Positions 26,601-39,556 of a DNA stretch of 64,000 nucleotides are shown here, one piece after another. The notes under the pieces were generated by a model. That model saw only the letters and a list, made by a program, of their open reading frames with translations. It was not told the origin of the DNA and did no database searches. Every line of letters begins with the position of its first letter. The first letter of the stretch is position 1. The position numbers and the translations under genes were made by a program. Where the stretch lies: assembly GCA_964035545.1 (NCBI GenBank), contig OZ037765.1, forward strand, positions 25,667,504 to 25,731,503. The letters run 5' to 3'. The DNA is from Bugula neritina (lineage: Eukaryota; Animalia; Bryozoa).

Positions 26601-29600
26601 GCCGAGAGTAACCTCAAACACTGATGTATGAACAATACCTGCTGATCACGGATAAATATGTTGCCTTGGTTGTCTATGCTAAAGTTCTTCAGAGCCTGGT
26701 CATCAAGAAGGAACGCAAATGTCGCATCACTATCAAGATCTTCAACCAGAACCTGGACAATGAAAGACTGAGGTCCAGCTAGCTCTGAAACCCGTCTCTC
26801 GTACACGTCAGGAATAAAGTTAGGAGGGTTGTCATTCACGTCCCCTATGTTGACTGTCACTGTTCCAGTAACTAGAGGCAAGATAAATAATATCAATTAC
26901 TAAAAACTTACTAAAAAAGTATTGGGCCGGCTGGTTACTAAGATGACAAGAAAAGATTCAGGTATTTGAAAATCTTATATAATATGGTTCAAAATAGTTT
27001 CATTGATGATATCAACCTACACTTACTTTACCTTTCAACACTGACAAAATATTAAAATTAATGAGAAGATGTGAACAAATAAGGCAGGAAGCAAGTGATG
27101 TATTCAAACCTGTTCGCTGGTTAGGAGTTCCCTCGTCATATGCGATAACCTCAAGCGTGTACCTGTCCACCACCTCTCTATCAAATTTAGCTAAAGTCTT
27201 GACTACACCACTTGGCTCAATAGAGAAATAAGGATATCCTGTAGCAGGGAAGTCCTTTGGTTCAACTGACTGGGAGTTAAGACGGAATTGTACTTTGCCA
27301 TTATTACCTTCATCTTTATCATCAGCCCGTATAGTCAGTATTTGACTTCCTAAATCCCAACAATTAAACTCATAGTTTAAAGCAAGTAACTCGACGAACA
27401 TATGTAATAATGTATGAGACTAACAAATGCCTTGACTTTAGAGAGACTCATTCTTTGATACCATATGAATAAGAATACATCCACCAACACCAATTGGCCA
27501 AGGAAAGAGGTGGCTAGTAAATTCTCACTTTATGAAACTGAAAGATAGGTTATTGGTATTAGTATAATTAGCGCCATATTTAAGCCACCACATTCCATTG
27601 CTGTGATATAAAGTCTTGCCATCTAATGGATAACTATAGAGTTTCAGCATGATTTGACAAAAAGTATCCTTCTAAAACCACCTCTAATTAAAAAAAATAT
27701 CCAATAGCAAGTGGCATGGTAGATTACCAACACAACATTACAATACAGCAGAAAAACTATCATTGCACAGCTAATATTCATACTGTATAACCACACTATC
27801 ACTCTATCACAAACAATCCGTGTACATGTATTATAGGGCAACATACAGGAAAAGCAGTTTAGACAATGTAGAAGTTCTACCCACCTGTCGCCATATCTTC
27901 TGCTATTGTGATAGATAGCGTGTTTTCCCTGAAGACAGGATCATTGTCATTGATGTCTATTGGTATGACTGAGATGATGGCGTAGCCGATACGAGTAGTG
28001 GGAGTATTTGGCTCATCATACGCCAAGACATTGATATCCCAGTGTGACTGGAGATCTCTATCGAGAGACTTTACCAAATACACCTGACCTGTAAAAGTAA
28101 CCAATTATAAAAAATTCTTAGATAATTTCAGTGTTTTATAACACATATTAGCATAGCAACTATTCACTTTAAACACACCCCTCCCCTCCCAATCTAGTTA
28201 CCCTACAATATAATGTTGATAGTAATTGAACATGTACATTTCTTCAACCTTGGCTCTTAGAGTGAGTAAATTAATAAAGTGTGGGTTAAATGTTAGATAT
28301 TATTGCTAAAGTAGCTTTTTTAACAAGCAGCTTTGAAATGTATTGAAAGAATATATGACATAGTAAAGTGTGAAGTACCCAGCCAATGTTAAACCACTGC
28401 TGAGTAAGACAGTTGCAGTATGATTAGTGGTTTCTCACCTCAAGGCCCTGTGCCAATGACAAAAATACAGATTTTATATTAATATATCAACTGTGTGTAA
28501 TTCAGCAATGTGTGTCCTGTGCATAAACTAGGCCAAATATTTTTTTCACAAAACTTGTAATGTTCTCATTGTACAAAGTTTACTTATTAAAAAAATCTTT
28601 GAAGATCATTTTCAAAAAGCCATGTTTAAAATAGACACCTTGACTAATTTTCCATTGCATTTGGGTATGGAGACACGCTGAAAATTCAAAACGGCCACTA
28701 CAAAATTCCTGTGATGTCTAAAGTATCAAGTTGAGTAGCACATCAATAGTACACAGGTAACTAGTGAGTAGATAGACTAACAGAAGTGTGATGCCAACCT
28801 GAAGTAGGATTTATCTGAAATCTATCACTCAAAGCACCACTAATATCATAAGTGATGTTGTTGGGACGATCCACGTCTGCATCAGTGGCTTTTACCTGCA
28901 ATGTACACACTTTTTTCTATAATTTAGTGTCTTTGTCCCACAAATGCGTTCAGAATACAAGACAAGGCGGATGCTAAGAGCCAGGCACCTTAAATGGTCA
29001 ATTTAGCACAACTTGTGGTTATTGAATAAGGCGTATTCTAAGATTTGATATAAAGTTTGATGAAAATAATAAAAAGAGTGATGGTTATACCTTGACAATA
29101 GGGAATCTATTAGATGTTGAGACATCAGGGTCTTCTTCCACAACATTAGTTACTGTGTAGACTCGCTGTGTAAACTCAGGCACATTGTCATTCATATCCA
29201 GCAACTTGATATGTACATTAGTCCTGGCTTGGAATCGACCGTCACTTACTTCCACTACCATATTATAGACCTGCAAAGCATATCTATTAGCTCAGCAAAC
29301 ATACAATACACTAAGAATGCATACACTACATTCATGATGATGTAACATATACTAATTAGTAACTAGCAGAGAATAAAAGTACTAAATTCAACTTACCTTT
29401 TTACTTTCATAGTCAAGCCGAGACGAATCAAATACAAGAACATCTCCAGTATCTGCGATTTCAAATGCCTGATTATCGTTACCACTAATGGTTATGTATT
29501 TAAAATTGTTCTGTATGTCAAGGTCACTGGCCCGTATGTTCATGACCCTCCGACCCTTGGGAGCGGTCTCCTCCACCTGGCCATCGTACTGATCTTGAGG

Positions 29601-32600
29601 AAAGTAGGGCTCATTATCGTTTATATCGTTGATGTTCACCTGTACAGCTGTAATTTCTACAATATATGACAGCCATAGCTTTGACACTGCATAGCCACAC
29701 AGGCATATTATATTCTATTACACTAATTCGACTTTACAAATTATATCACAATTGCTGTCATTGTGAACAGAGCAGTGTGTGCAATAAAATACAGTACAGA
29801 AACGAAATAACATAAACTTATTTCACTACTAGTCCAAGTTAACCAAAATATCAACAAATATGTGTAGCATATTTATTAAAAGCATTTTGGAAGCTTGTGA
29901 AACCTGAAGATATTACTAACATTCTTACATAAGACAGGTAAAAGTAAATGCAAAAACTCAATGTTTATTTGGAAAAATAAAGAAAAAGCTTACAGGTTTA
30001 AATCACATAGCAGAAACAAGCAATACTAACGGCTGTTTGGCTGTCCATCAGATTGAGGTCTAGCAGAAGGTGCGCCATCTGTAGCTTTCACTTTCACCAC
30101 ATACTGAGATACTTTCTCTCTATCAAACAGGAAGTCCGTGTTCACATAGAGACCTACAACCCCATTCTCCATGTCTACACGGAAAAGACTGGAATGCTCC
30201 CCAGGCTCCAAGGTATACGTTTTCTAAAAAATAAGGAAATGAAACCTTATGAGTTTATAGTATTCTATATTATATATAATAAGCGTACAGAGTAAATATA
30301 CTATATGTTTACAAGCTGTCCATTCTAATGTCAACTTACAGTTTTAAAAGCAGGAGTAATATCAGAGTCATTGGCCTTCAGCTCTACAACCCTGGTGTTG
30401 ATAACAGTTGAGTTTTCATCTACAGATCCGATGATGTACCCATTATTGTCTATATTCTCAAACACTGGAATGTTGTCATTAACATCTATTAGTTCTATAT
30501 CGATAGTTTCTTCAGCTGCAACGTTACTGCCACCACTCTGTGGCTGCAAGAATGTAATACAAATAAACATCACAATTTATCTGTCAGCATATAATAAAAG
30601 ACATGAATTACAGGCTTACTATTACCCTGGCGCAAAGTATATATACTATATAGCAATAATTTGAAGTTCAATGTTATAGTAGATGGTACCACCATTACTT
30701 TAAATATTACATGTGTATACAGACAATTCTCCGCAACAGAATTTATGATGCCATGTAATCTTTCATATGCTGATAAGATACATTGCCATCTCGGAAAATC
30801 AGCTGAATTTACAATAAAGTCATTCTGACTCCATTAGAAAAAACAGCATGGATATTAAACCAGATACTGTTCATTTGGTGCGCAAGCGATTATTAAATAG
30901 CGAAGTTATTTCATGTAAAATAAGATTGTAAAAAATGTTATGTGAGAAATCATTTATTCAAGGATCATTGCTTTCGACGAATGCTTCATAACCTGAACCA
31001 TAGTCAAGTATAAGTGCATGTAAATAACAAAATCAACACTATTAAGTAACATAGTGTAAAGTTAGTGGTAAATTTATTGAAAGATGGTGACTCATGGTTC
31101 CCTACCGTGACTCGGACTCTCAGTTTATAGAATCTCAGTCTATCAGCATCCAGGTTCTGTGACTGGTAGACTGCCAGACAGAGCTCATTGTTGGTATTGC
31201 ACTCCTGGTTATCTGTGAGCATGTAAAACGCCCCAAGAGTGGTGGTGGGAACCAGGTAGTAGTTTACTGGGCCACCAGTAGCCGTCTCAGCCTACAGATA
31301 GTTGGGAAACACTCCACTACTTTGCCACAAACTGGACCACTTGTAGCGGAAAAAAGTTTCAAAAATTAAAAAAAGTATATTAAAAACAACATTTTTTGTC
31401 AACAAAAAATAAAAGTCAAATATCTATTACCAATATATTTTAGTATCAGCAAGATGAAACAGGTGTTAAAATATTCCAAACCCAAGAAATATTGGTGTCT
31501 AGTATATGCCTGCTAAAATTCCTCCAAAATATGCTACATATTCCTACAATAAACTGTGACAACAACCTTAATGCGAGCAATTATTGTGTCATCGGTCAAG
31601 TTTTCCAGAATTTTAAATCCAGGTTCAGGAACTTGTGTGAACACCGGCGGACTGGCATCTTGCCGAATATTCACGGTGAACTCAACACTCTTGGAGCGAT
31701 TCCCGCCATCAGTGACAGTGATGGTCATTACTTGAGTCTTTGGCTCCAGAGATGCTAGAAGTTTCCTATAAATCAAGTAACCAAACAACTGGAAAGGATT
31801 ACAGAACACGCTTATAATACCAAAGCTTGAGTACAGTTTATATAAGGCAGAGGTAGCATGTGATTAAGAAATAGGTTGTACTGTAATGAATATCTCAATT
31901 CCTTAAATATATATGGATGTAGTATTTGGAGCAGCTGTGATGTAGTGGTTAGAGAGCTGGCCTAGTGAAATACGAGGTCAGTGGTTCGAGCTCCAGCAAA
32001 GGTCATCCGTGATGCTAGGAAGAGCATCCAGTCATATTTACTTTCTCATCATAATAAAAAAACAGCCCTCAGCCTGCTTTTAGGAAGCCCTCTCCATTGG
32101 AGAGGAGGGGGGAGGAGAAGGGAATTCACTATAAACTTTCGTGAGCTTTTCTTGCTTGCAGCATAATCACAATATGGAAACTAAAGCAACAGACAAACCT
32201 GTTACGAAGTGTCTGGCCATCAATATAGAAATTATCATTCCCAGTGACGGTGAAGGTGAGGCCAGTGGTGCCGTTTCTACCAAAGTCTGGGTCAACAGCA
32301 AACAGATCATATATACTAGTGTTTGGAGGTGCATCAGCCGCAGCATCTTGAGACGATTGAAAGGAGGGTGAAGGATCATTGTCATTGAGGTCTAGCACTT
32401 GCATTCTATATAAGTTATACAAACACATTAACTTAATTAGATATTTGATGGTTAGAAAGCATTGTTAACAGCGCAGATAAAATTATAAACCAAGTAAGAA
32501 TAGAATACTCATAGAGTACAATACTTTGTTTAAGCAGACAACGGACATCATAGGCAAGCTGATACTATAAACGCAGGTCATGTGACTTACGTGAATGTAC

Positions 32601-35600
32601 AGAAGGCAGTGAGTTTGCTTTGGCCGCCATCTTCAGCCTTAACTGTTATTAGAATGGAGCTGGTCTTCTCCCTGTCTATTGTAGACACAGCAGTCCAAAT
32701 CTCTCCTGTGTTCTCATCTATTCTGAACAGGTTAGCTCCACTCACTATTAGACTGTATTTTAGTTCACCATATGGACCTACATCCTTATCTTCAGCTTGC
32801 ACCTGGTAATCACCATTAAATAACCAAAAGCTGCAGAATTATACAATAAACATGATAAGTTTCAGAGAATTCAATGTGACACAGCCAACTTCGGCAACAC
32901 CTAAAATCTTATTGCAGGCGTGTAAGTTGCCAGAAAACACTAACTTCATTGATTGCTACAAAATAGTATCTAGTTTCAGTAAAGAGCTTAAAGTAGCGGG
33001 CAGCATCAAAATCATTTAAATTAATAGCTTTCAACTGATAGCACGAGTGCCATGACAAAGACAAGCATAAGCTGTCACTTGCTGAATATGCATTACCTGA
33101 ACAGCAAATGCATTAGCAGTGTTCTCTGGAGCCTTGGCAAGGATTGAATAAGTAGCACACTGTGAAAATTCTGGCGGATGATTTCTACCAACTATTTCTA
33201 TGATAACAGTTGTGTAGCCCACATTGAGATTCTGTGCTCCTGGAAAAGATAAATGCTGGTGGTTAATTTATTAGTATGAGTTGAAACTTCCACACAGTTG
33301 GATCTTTTTGAACAATTAAACAAAACAAGTGGCCAGTTTATAGTCACAACTGTACAATAATGCTTGTGCACTTTGTGTGCAAGTTGATTTAATTTAAGAG
33401 CATTTTCAGTCTAACAAAATGAAAAAACCCACGGAAGAATTTTTTCAGAAAGAAAAATAATTAACATGCTTTAATTGCTATGAATATAGAACTCAGTTAT
33501 AGATGTTCCAGACTAACAGTACCTAGTTCACAGCATGAGCCATCATCTGTTGCTGAAACATTTAGAGTAAACGAAGATATGTCTGCATATGCCTCATTCA
33601 TCAAGTCGGCCGTCAAAGTGACGGAGCCAGTAGCCGGATCTATTCTAAATGGAGACCTGGATGGTTCACCTAAATATTGTGGATATAATGTGAGTAACAA
33701 AACATCGGCACTATACACATTAGTATTAGCACTAAACACTTGCAGAAAATTATGCATTATGTAACATTATTTTGTTATTAATTAGTAATTTCTGCATATC
33801 ACTGTTACATATTTTCCTTACCATAGAAAGAGGGAGAATATTTAATTAAGAGACTTTACAATACAAGCATTTATAGAAATACATAAAATACAGTAGCATT
33901 GTTGAAAGATGCAGTATAATATATTTGATGACACTTTGTAACTTACTGCCCACTATGCCATACGTTACTTTGTCACCGTCAGGATCTAGTGCTAACACTG
34001 TAGCAACTACAGAGTTCACAGTTTTTGTTGCTTCAATTTTTTCTATAGAAATAGAATTGAATTGCGGTCTCTCATCATTGGTATTCTCCACCTGCACTCT
34101 CACATAGGCTGAGCTGGCCTTCGCAGGTATTCCCTGATCAGTGGCTATCACCTTGAACCTGTAGCCTGTGCCATCTATAGTCTCATAGTCCAGGTTCCTA
34201 CACCACATGTAAGACACATAGGCTCTCAACCAAGAGATGATTACAGCTGATCCAACAATAAAAAAAACAGTTTCCCGTTCTGACTGCGGCTCCCATCAAA
34301 ATGAATAAAAAACCAACAACAAAAAACATTCAATTTAAATTAATCAAAACATATCTTTTTGGTTCATTTAAATATAAACTGAACAAAAATCAGGCTGCTA
34401 CACAGATATAATATATTAGTTTGTCTACAGTTGACATACCCGGATACTTTAATCACTCCAACATAGCCAGTGAGGGTTTGTTGAGTTTCAACAGTGAATG
34501 GGAGAGCATCACCCAGATCTGACTGCAGACTGTATGTAATGGTCCCGCTGTCTATCTCTGATGGATCCATATCAGTGGCTTGAACTTAGGGGACAAGAAC
34601 ATACGCATTAAGTGACAGTTGAAAAAGCTAATAAGGTTGTTCATTTATCATTATTATTCATAGAAACAGCAATCTATGAGCTTCTATTGAGTTAGCAATA
34701 ACCTAGAATACCTCTTATAATGGTTGTTCCCACTTTGCTATCCTCTTTCCACACAGTACTGTCCACGTATTCTGATATATCAAATATTGGTGTGTTATCA
34801 TTGATATCTGTTATTCTCACGGTGAGCTAAAATGTATTAACAATGATGTGTGCACAACGTTATAAGAAAAAAATACTGTTAAATTATAATGCAAAATAAA
34901 AAGACACAAATGCAGAATAATATTTAATTTTTTTCAGCAAATAATAAAGGTACTGTAATATAATATAATAAAAAGGAGGGTTATTATATTAAAAATATTT
35001 TCAACTACATTATTTCAAGTATATACGGTTCAATATTGTAACAAACATAAAATTAACATCTACACATCCCTGCGATACATACCCTAGCTGTGCTACTCAG
35101 CAATGTTAGCCTTTCTGTAGCAGTAATAATCAGACTGTAGGAGCGGGCATCTGTCTCATAGTCCAAACTTTTAGTCACTCTGATTTTAGCTTCATTGGGT
35201 CGTCTAGCTGACTCCACAATCATAAACACTTGTGAATCAGGCATAGTAAATGATATGGCATCACCTTGGAAAGACTTCACTCTGATGAGAATATCCAAAC
35301 TAAAATATAGAGCACACAACTCCTCATCAAATCAACATAAATTCACTAGACTTGTTTGAACTTAATCTACAATTAATATCAAACACTTTTCTGAGTTGTA
35401 TGTAACTATTTTGATGATCCATACTCATTGCTACAAAATCAAAGATTTGTAACTCTAGAAAAGTATGTCCATTGCTAAAGCAGAGAATTCATCAACTCCG
35501 CCTTAAATTTTACACCTGGTGTGACATCTATAAGAGTTTTATACCTTATACCTTAATTAACAACATAGGGCAGAAATAAAGAAAAGAACTGGCCAATAGC

Positions 35601-38600
35601 AGGGTTTGAATTCTTGCAACACAGATTCATTTAGCTAAACAATATAACTATTAAATGAAATATTCTTCAACTGATAAAATAGCTTCTTATAGACTAAACC
35701 TACTCAACACTCTGCACATTCTCTGATACTGATGTCTCGTATATAGATTGGAAGAACTGAGGGGGTCTACGGTCTGCCCTTATATAGATGTCAGCAGTGG
35801 CCTTCTGGCTGGCTATGAACTGTTGAGCATTATCATCCACCACTTGTACTTTCACTGTGTACTCACTCCCTTTTGTGAGTCGGTCTGTGGTGAACAACTC
35901 CCCATCTTGTGTGATTCTAAACTTGGAACTACCTGCAAATAATTCATCAATCATTTCTACACCTTGCAGTGTAAACTAGCTCGCTATCTCTTCAGTGTTT
36001 TTATAATAGGCCAATACAGATATTGGCTTAGCAGTTTCCATAAAAACAGTTACATGTAAGTAAAATGCTATGGCTTATTTTTTGCTAAACAGCAAAACTT
36101 GCTTCACACTGCCAATTGAATAGCACAGTTTAGTTACTAACTTTGAAACTTGCCAAGAATATAGAGCAGATAACTTCTGGCTGTAGTTATAAAGACAGTG
36201 ACCCTGTGCAGGTGTTAGCTGTGTTACTGTCAACTATTCATGATATATATTACTGTGCTCAAAACATTAAAAAATAAGCTAATATTTCTAGCTATACATA
36301 TTTTGATCATTATTGATAACCACAACTAAACAGTTTATAAAAGTGTTCCTAGAAAACTATAATCTAATAACAGCCAAAATAGTTGCTATATTCGAAACAT
36401 TTAAAAAGGGCGGTCATAAACTTCTTTAAAGCATTAGCCTAAATTAGTTGAATACCAAAAGCACTCACTTATATTTTAGTATCAGTGGCTGCTTTTACAA
36501 AAAAAGTAGTGACAATAAGCTATACTCCAAACTTAGGCTGACTATGAATATAAAGAAGAATGCTAAAGCATAGTTTATACAATTTTGATAAAACTAGCAC
36601 AACAGTAACTTGATAACTCAGAACGGTACAGTGAGCAGTAAACAATGAACATAAAAAGATAGTACTAGTACACACACTGGCTTTACATATCTGTATGCTA
36701 GAAGTTGAAGTCAAGCAGAAAAAAAATCTAGCTGTAAACAGTCTATTTTAAACATTTTCAGCTCATAAAAATTCACAGAAATTTATTTAACAACGTTTAG
36801 TCTTATATGTGGGAAGAACAAAAGACTAAAGACTGTTTAACTAAAGTTAATAGAGTATATAGAGCTGAAACTACGCAAATTATGTTTTCAATAATGATAA
36901 AGTAAATGGCAACACTATATGAAAAATGCACGCACAATAACTTGAGTTAAATAATCAATTCAAGAATTAATATTAATGTCATAAAATGAAGTTTAATATA
37001 CTATAAAATAGGTCAGTGAATTGTAGAAATTATCTAAGAAACAGTGAATAAAGCATACACTGACCTTCAAGCAGACTGTAGACAAGCTTGCTGTTGGCAT
37101 CCGGATCTCTCACTGATATGACGTAGTCAACTTTTGAGTTGGGGGGAAGGTTAGCATTGAATACGGCAAGATATGGGTAGGGCTCCATGGTGAACACAGG
37201 TGGCTCATCATTAACATCCCTCAACTTTATGGTTACATCAACTATATACTCTGTAATACATTGTGAGAATGATCTCCTGTACAATGCTCATATTGCATAA
37301 GCTTAGGTATTGCAATGCTGGAATAACAGCCATGTATGTCTTTCTTAGGCAAAATGTTACAGATTTTTACATACAGAAACTCTTTAGAGTGAGAATTAAA
37401 ATTTAAAATAGCAACATACTGACTAAGAAAAGCACACGGGAAGCTCTATAATGTTATACCAATTGTTTAGGTTGGTAAAATCACAGCTAAGCTTGTCATA
37501 ACCAGTCATATAAATCATGAACAATAAGCTAGCAATAATTGCCCAACATTCCAGATGACTAACGGTAATAGTTAATGTGTTCGACAAAAGCAAAGTATGC
37601 TGAAGGATATTGATTAAGAAAATGTCTGCCTAGTTTAGGTTGTATAAGACAAAAACCTTTTGTATATAAAGTGAGAACATGCGCTGCTATACTTCAAGTG
37701 GCAGAAACAAATGTAGGATAATCATCTGGATGTGACTGGCATTAGTTGATACAAAAAAGGATTAATGGCCAACATTGGTGCATTACAACTGCAAGTTTAC
37801 AAGCTCTGCTACAGGCAATGCAGTAACAAAATCCTCAACAATAAACAAAGTCATAAAAATAATGTCAGTTATTCTAAGAACTGCAGCCTCAAACTAAAGT
37901 TTGTACATGCAAGCTAAATCCAAGCAGTTATCATACTTTACATTTGTTCATCAATTAAAATTAAATGCAACATAAATATATTCAGCACAAGAATAAATTA
38001 TAATGAAAATAGAGACAAACCTCTAGAAGCTGGCACGTTGATGATATTCACAGTTAGTTGGTATTGATGTTCAGGAGCTGTTTCATAATCCAGTCTATGT
38101 TTCTGGTTGACGAGCAGTTTACCAGTAGCTTCATCAACAGATGTGAATGGCACATTAGGATCCTCCACTAGAGAGTACTGGTTGTAGTCATCACTGATAA
38201 CACCTACACTTGCATAGTCTAGGATTATCTCCTCCGCAGTCTCGTCTACAGTCTTGCTGATTGAAACCTCAACAGCTCGTTTTCGCCTCGAGTGAAATAT
38301 TCCTGGCTGCTTAGAAGTTGCTGGTCTATTATTGAGAGCTTTAAAAATTATTTTGTGATGAGAGGTGAGCCCACTAGTCGAGTTCTTACCACTAGCTCCA
38401 ACCACAATATTCTTGTTATAGAAAGAGCACAGAGGATGTTTAAGGAGAACCAGACCATCTTTTGTAACAACAAACGGTAAGGAGTCCTTGTTGTGCCCCA
38501 GAGGGAGTTTATTGTATGTGACTGACCCATCATTGGGCAAGGCTAGTAGAGTATCCTTATAGTTATACTGCTCACACAGAGGTACAGTGGACCAGTGTAT

Positions 38601-38678
38601 TTGTATCCCCTGGCACTGAGAGTCAAGGAGTGCCCAAACCAGCAACAAAACATTTACTCTTAGTACTGCAATTCCCAT
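14627..38678 (-). CDS. Type III classical cadherin (DN-cadherin/neural-cadherin-like), ~40 exons
   Basis: ATG 38678 with signal peptide ([18 protein letters not shown]), prodomain ending at furin site RRKR, ~16 EC repeats by manual count (DxNDNxPxF, LDYE/LDRE, AxD), non-chordate domain ([19 protein letters not shown]), EGF-LamG-EGF-LamG-EGF-cbEGF, TM (~15480-15690), and beta-catenin-binding tail ([34 protein letters not shown]), stop 14627. Confidence 0.95.
14908..15119 (-). mobile_element. tRNA-derived SINE, full length with TSD
   Basis: Minus strand: GGAGCAGCCGTGGTCTAAGGGTTAGAGC (A box)..CTAGTAA loop..GAGTTCGAGCCC (B box), core GTGATGCTAGGAAGAGCATCCAGTCATA, tail ACTATAAACTTGCGTGAG; direct repeat (CC)ACAATAAAACATAT at 14892-14907 and 15118-15133. 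Confidence 0.9.
21087..21425. mobile_element. Degenerate hAT-like MITE in a cadherin intron
   Basis: Imperfect TIRs GAGGGCTGTCCAA ... TTGGACACCCACT and repeated internal GTGGCCC motifs typical of such elements. Confidence 0.5.
24033..24160. repeat. 22-bp minisatellite (ATAGAATATACTACACTATTCT), ~5-6 copies
   Basis: Tandem copies read directly, immediately upstream (in gene sense) of a cadherin acceptor at ~24014. Confidence 0.9.
31928..32145 (+). mobile_element. Second, diverged copy of the tRNA-derived SINE
   Basis: GGAGCAGCTGTGATGTAGTGGTTAGAG..GGTTCGAGCTCC, identical core GTGATGCTAGGAAGAGCATCCAGTCATA and tail ACTATAAACTTTCGTGAG shared with 14908-15119. Confidence 0.88.
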
Positions 38679-38787
38679 GGTTGATCTACTCCTACAATAT
38701 TGAATAAAAACTAAGACACGCATGCAATAAACTAAGATATTCTTAAAAATACAGACAGCGTCAAGCTGCTACAAAAGTATCTCTTAA

Positions 38788-39556
38788 AGGATTGCTCTAT
38801 CTTGTCTAATAAATGGCCATTTAGGTCAAACACACACAATATTGTGTTTTTCTAAGCATGCATTGACAAAAAGCATTTGACCAAAGGTAGAAAAAGTTAG
38901 TTGAAGTTGAGGGTGTAGATTGGTAACAGCCAAAACGCCGATTTTGAAATGAGCTGGGAACTGTGACGTAACAGCGCCAGCATTCCTGCTGGTCACGTGA
39001 CTATACAAATGAATTACTATAGAAATATGACTGTGAGATGTGATCTTTCAGCTCGTAATTTGTATATTTATAGAAGTGCAAATGTGAATTCTCTTAATCT
39101 ATAGCTTTTTGACATTTTAAATAACATGTATGTAATAACATTAGGCTATATTTTGCTTGTAACCATTAGAAAAAAGCATTGCAAAAGCATGCATTCTTTA
39201 GGATGAATGCCTGCAATCGATCTAAACTAGGTCAGATTGTGCAATATTACGGGCGCACCAAATTTGACCTATATAGCGCACTGTAACTGCTTGAGCGTTA
39301 TTGGTTGATATTGTGCTCAGCAACCTTGAATACTAGCGTTATAGTTAGCACGTGCAGCATAGTTACTGGCGTTCACACGTCACGTATTAGGCTATTCTTT
39401 TTCATGGCTGAAAATTTTACCGCCCTCAAAATTGGAATTTTGAAAAGCTGTTTTCTAGGCACATATCCCTTTGCAAAGTCACAATTGTTTGCATACACAT
39501 TAAATTATAGTTCATAATTATAATGTGATTGTAATAAACTAAGATTGAGCAATCCT
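38788..39556. mobile_element. Non-autonomous Kolobok-like DNA element (TTAA TSD)
   Basis: TTAA|AGGATTGCTCTATCTT ... AAGATTGAGCAATCCT|TTAA: 16-bp TIR with 1 mismatch, AG..CT termini, TTAA on both sides (38784-38787, 39557-39560). Confidence 0.8.

Noticed and set aside
14705-35942. Numerous plus-strand ORFs overlapping cadherin exons
   Set aside because: Antisense shadows of coding exons; short, with no motifs or coherent splice structure.
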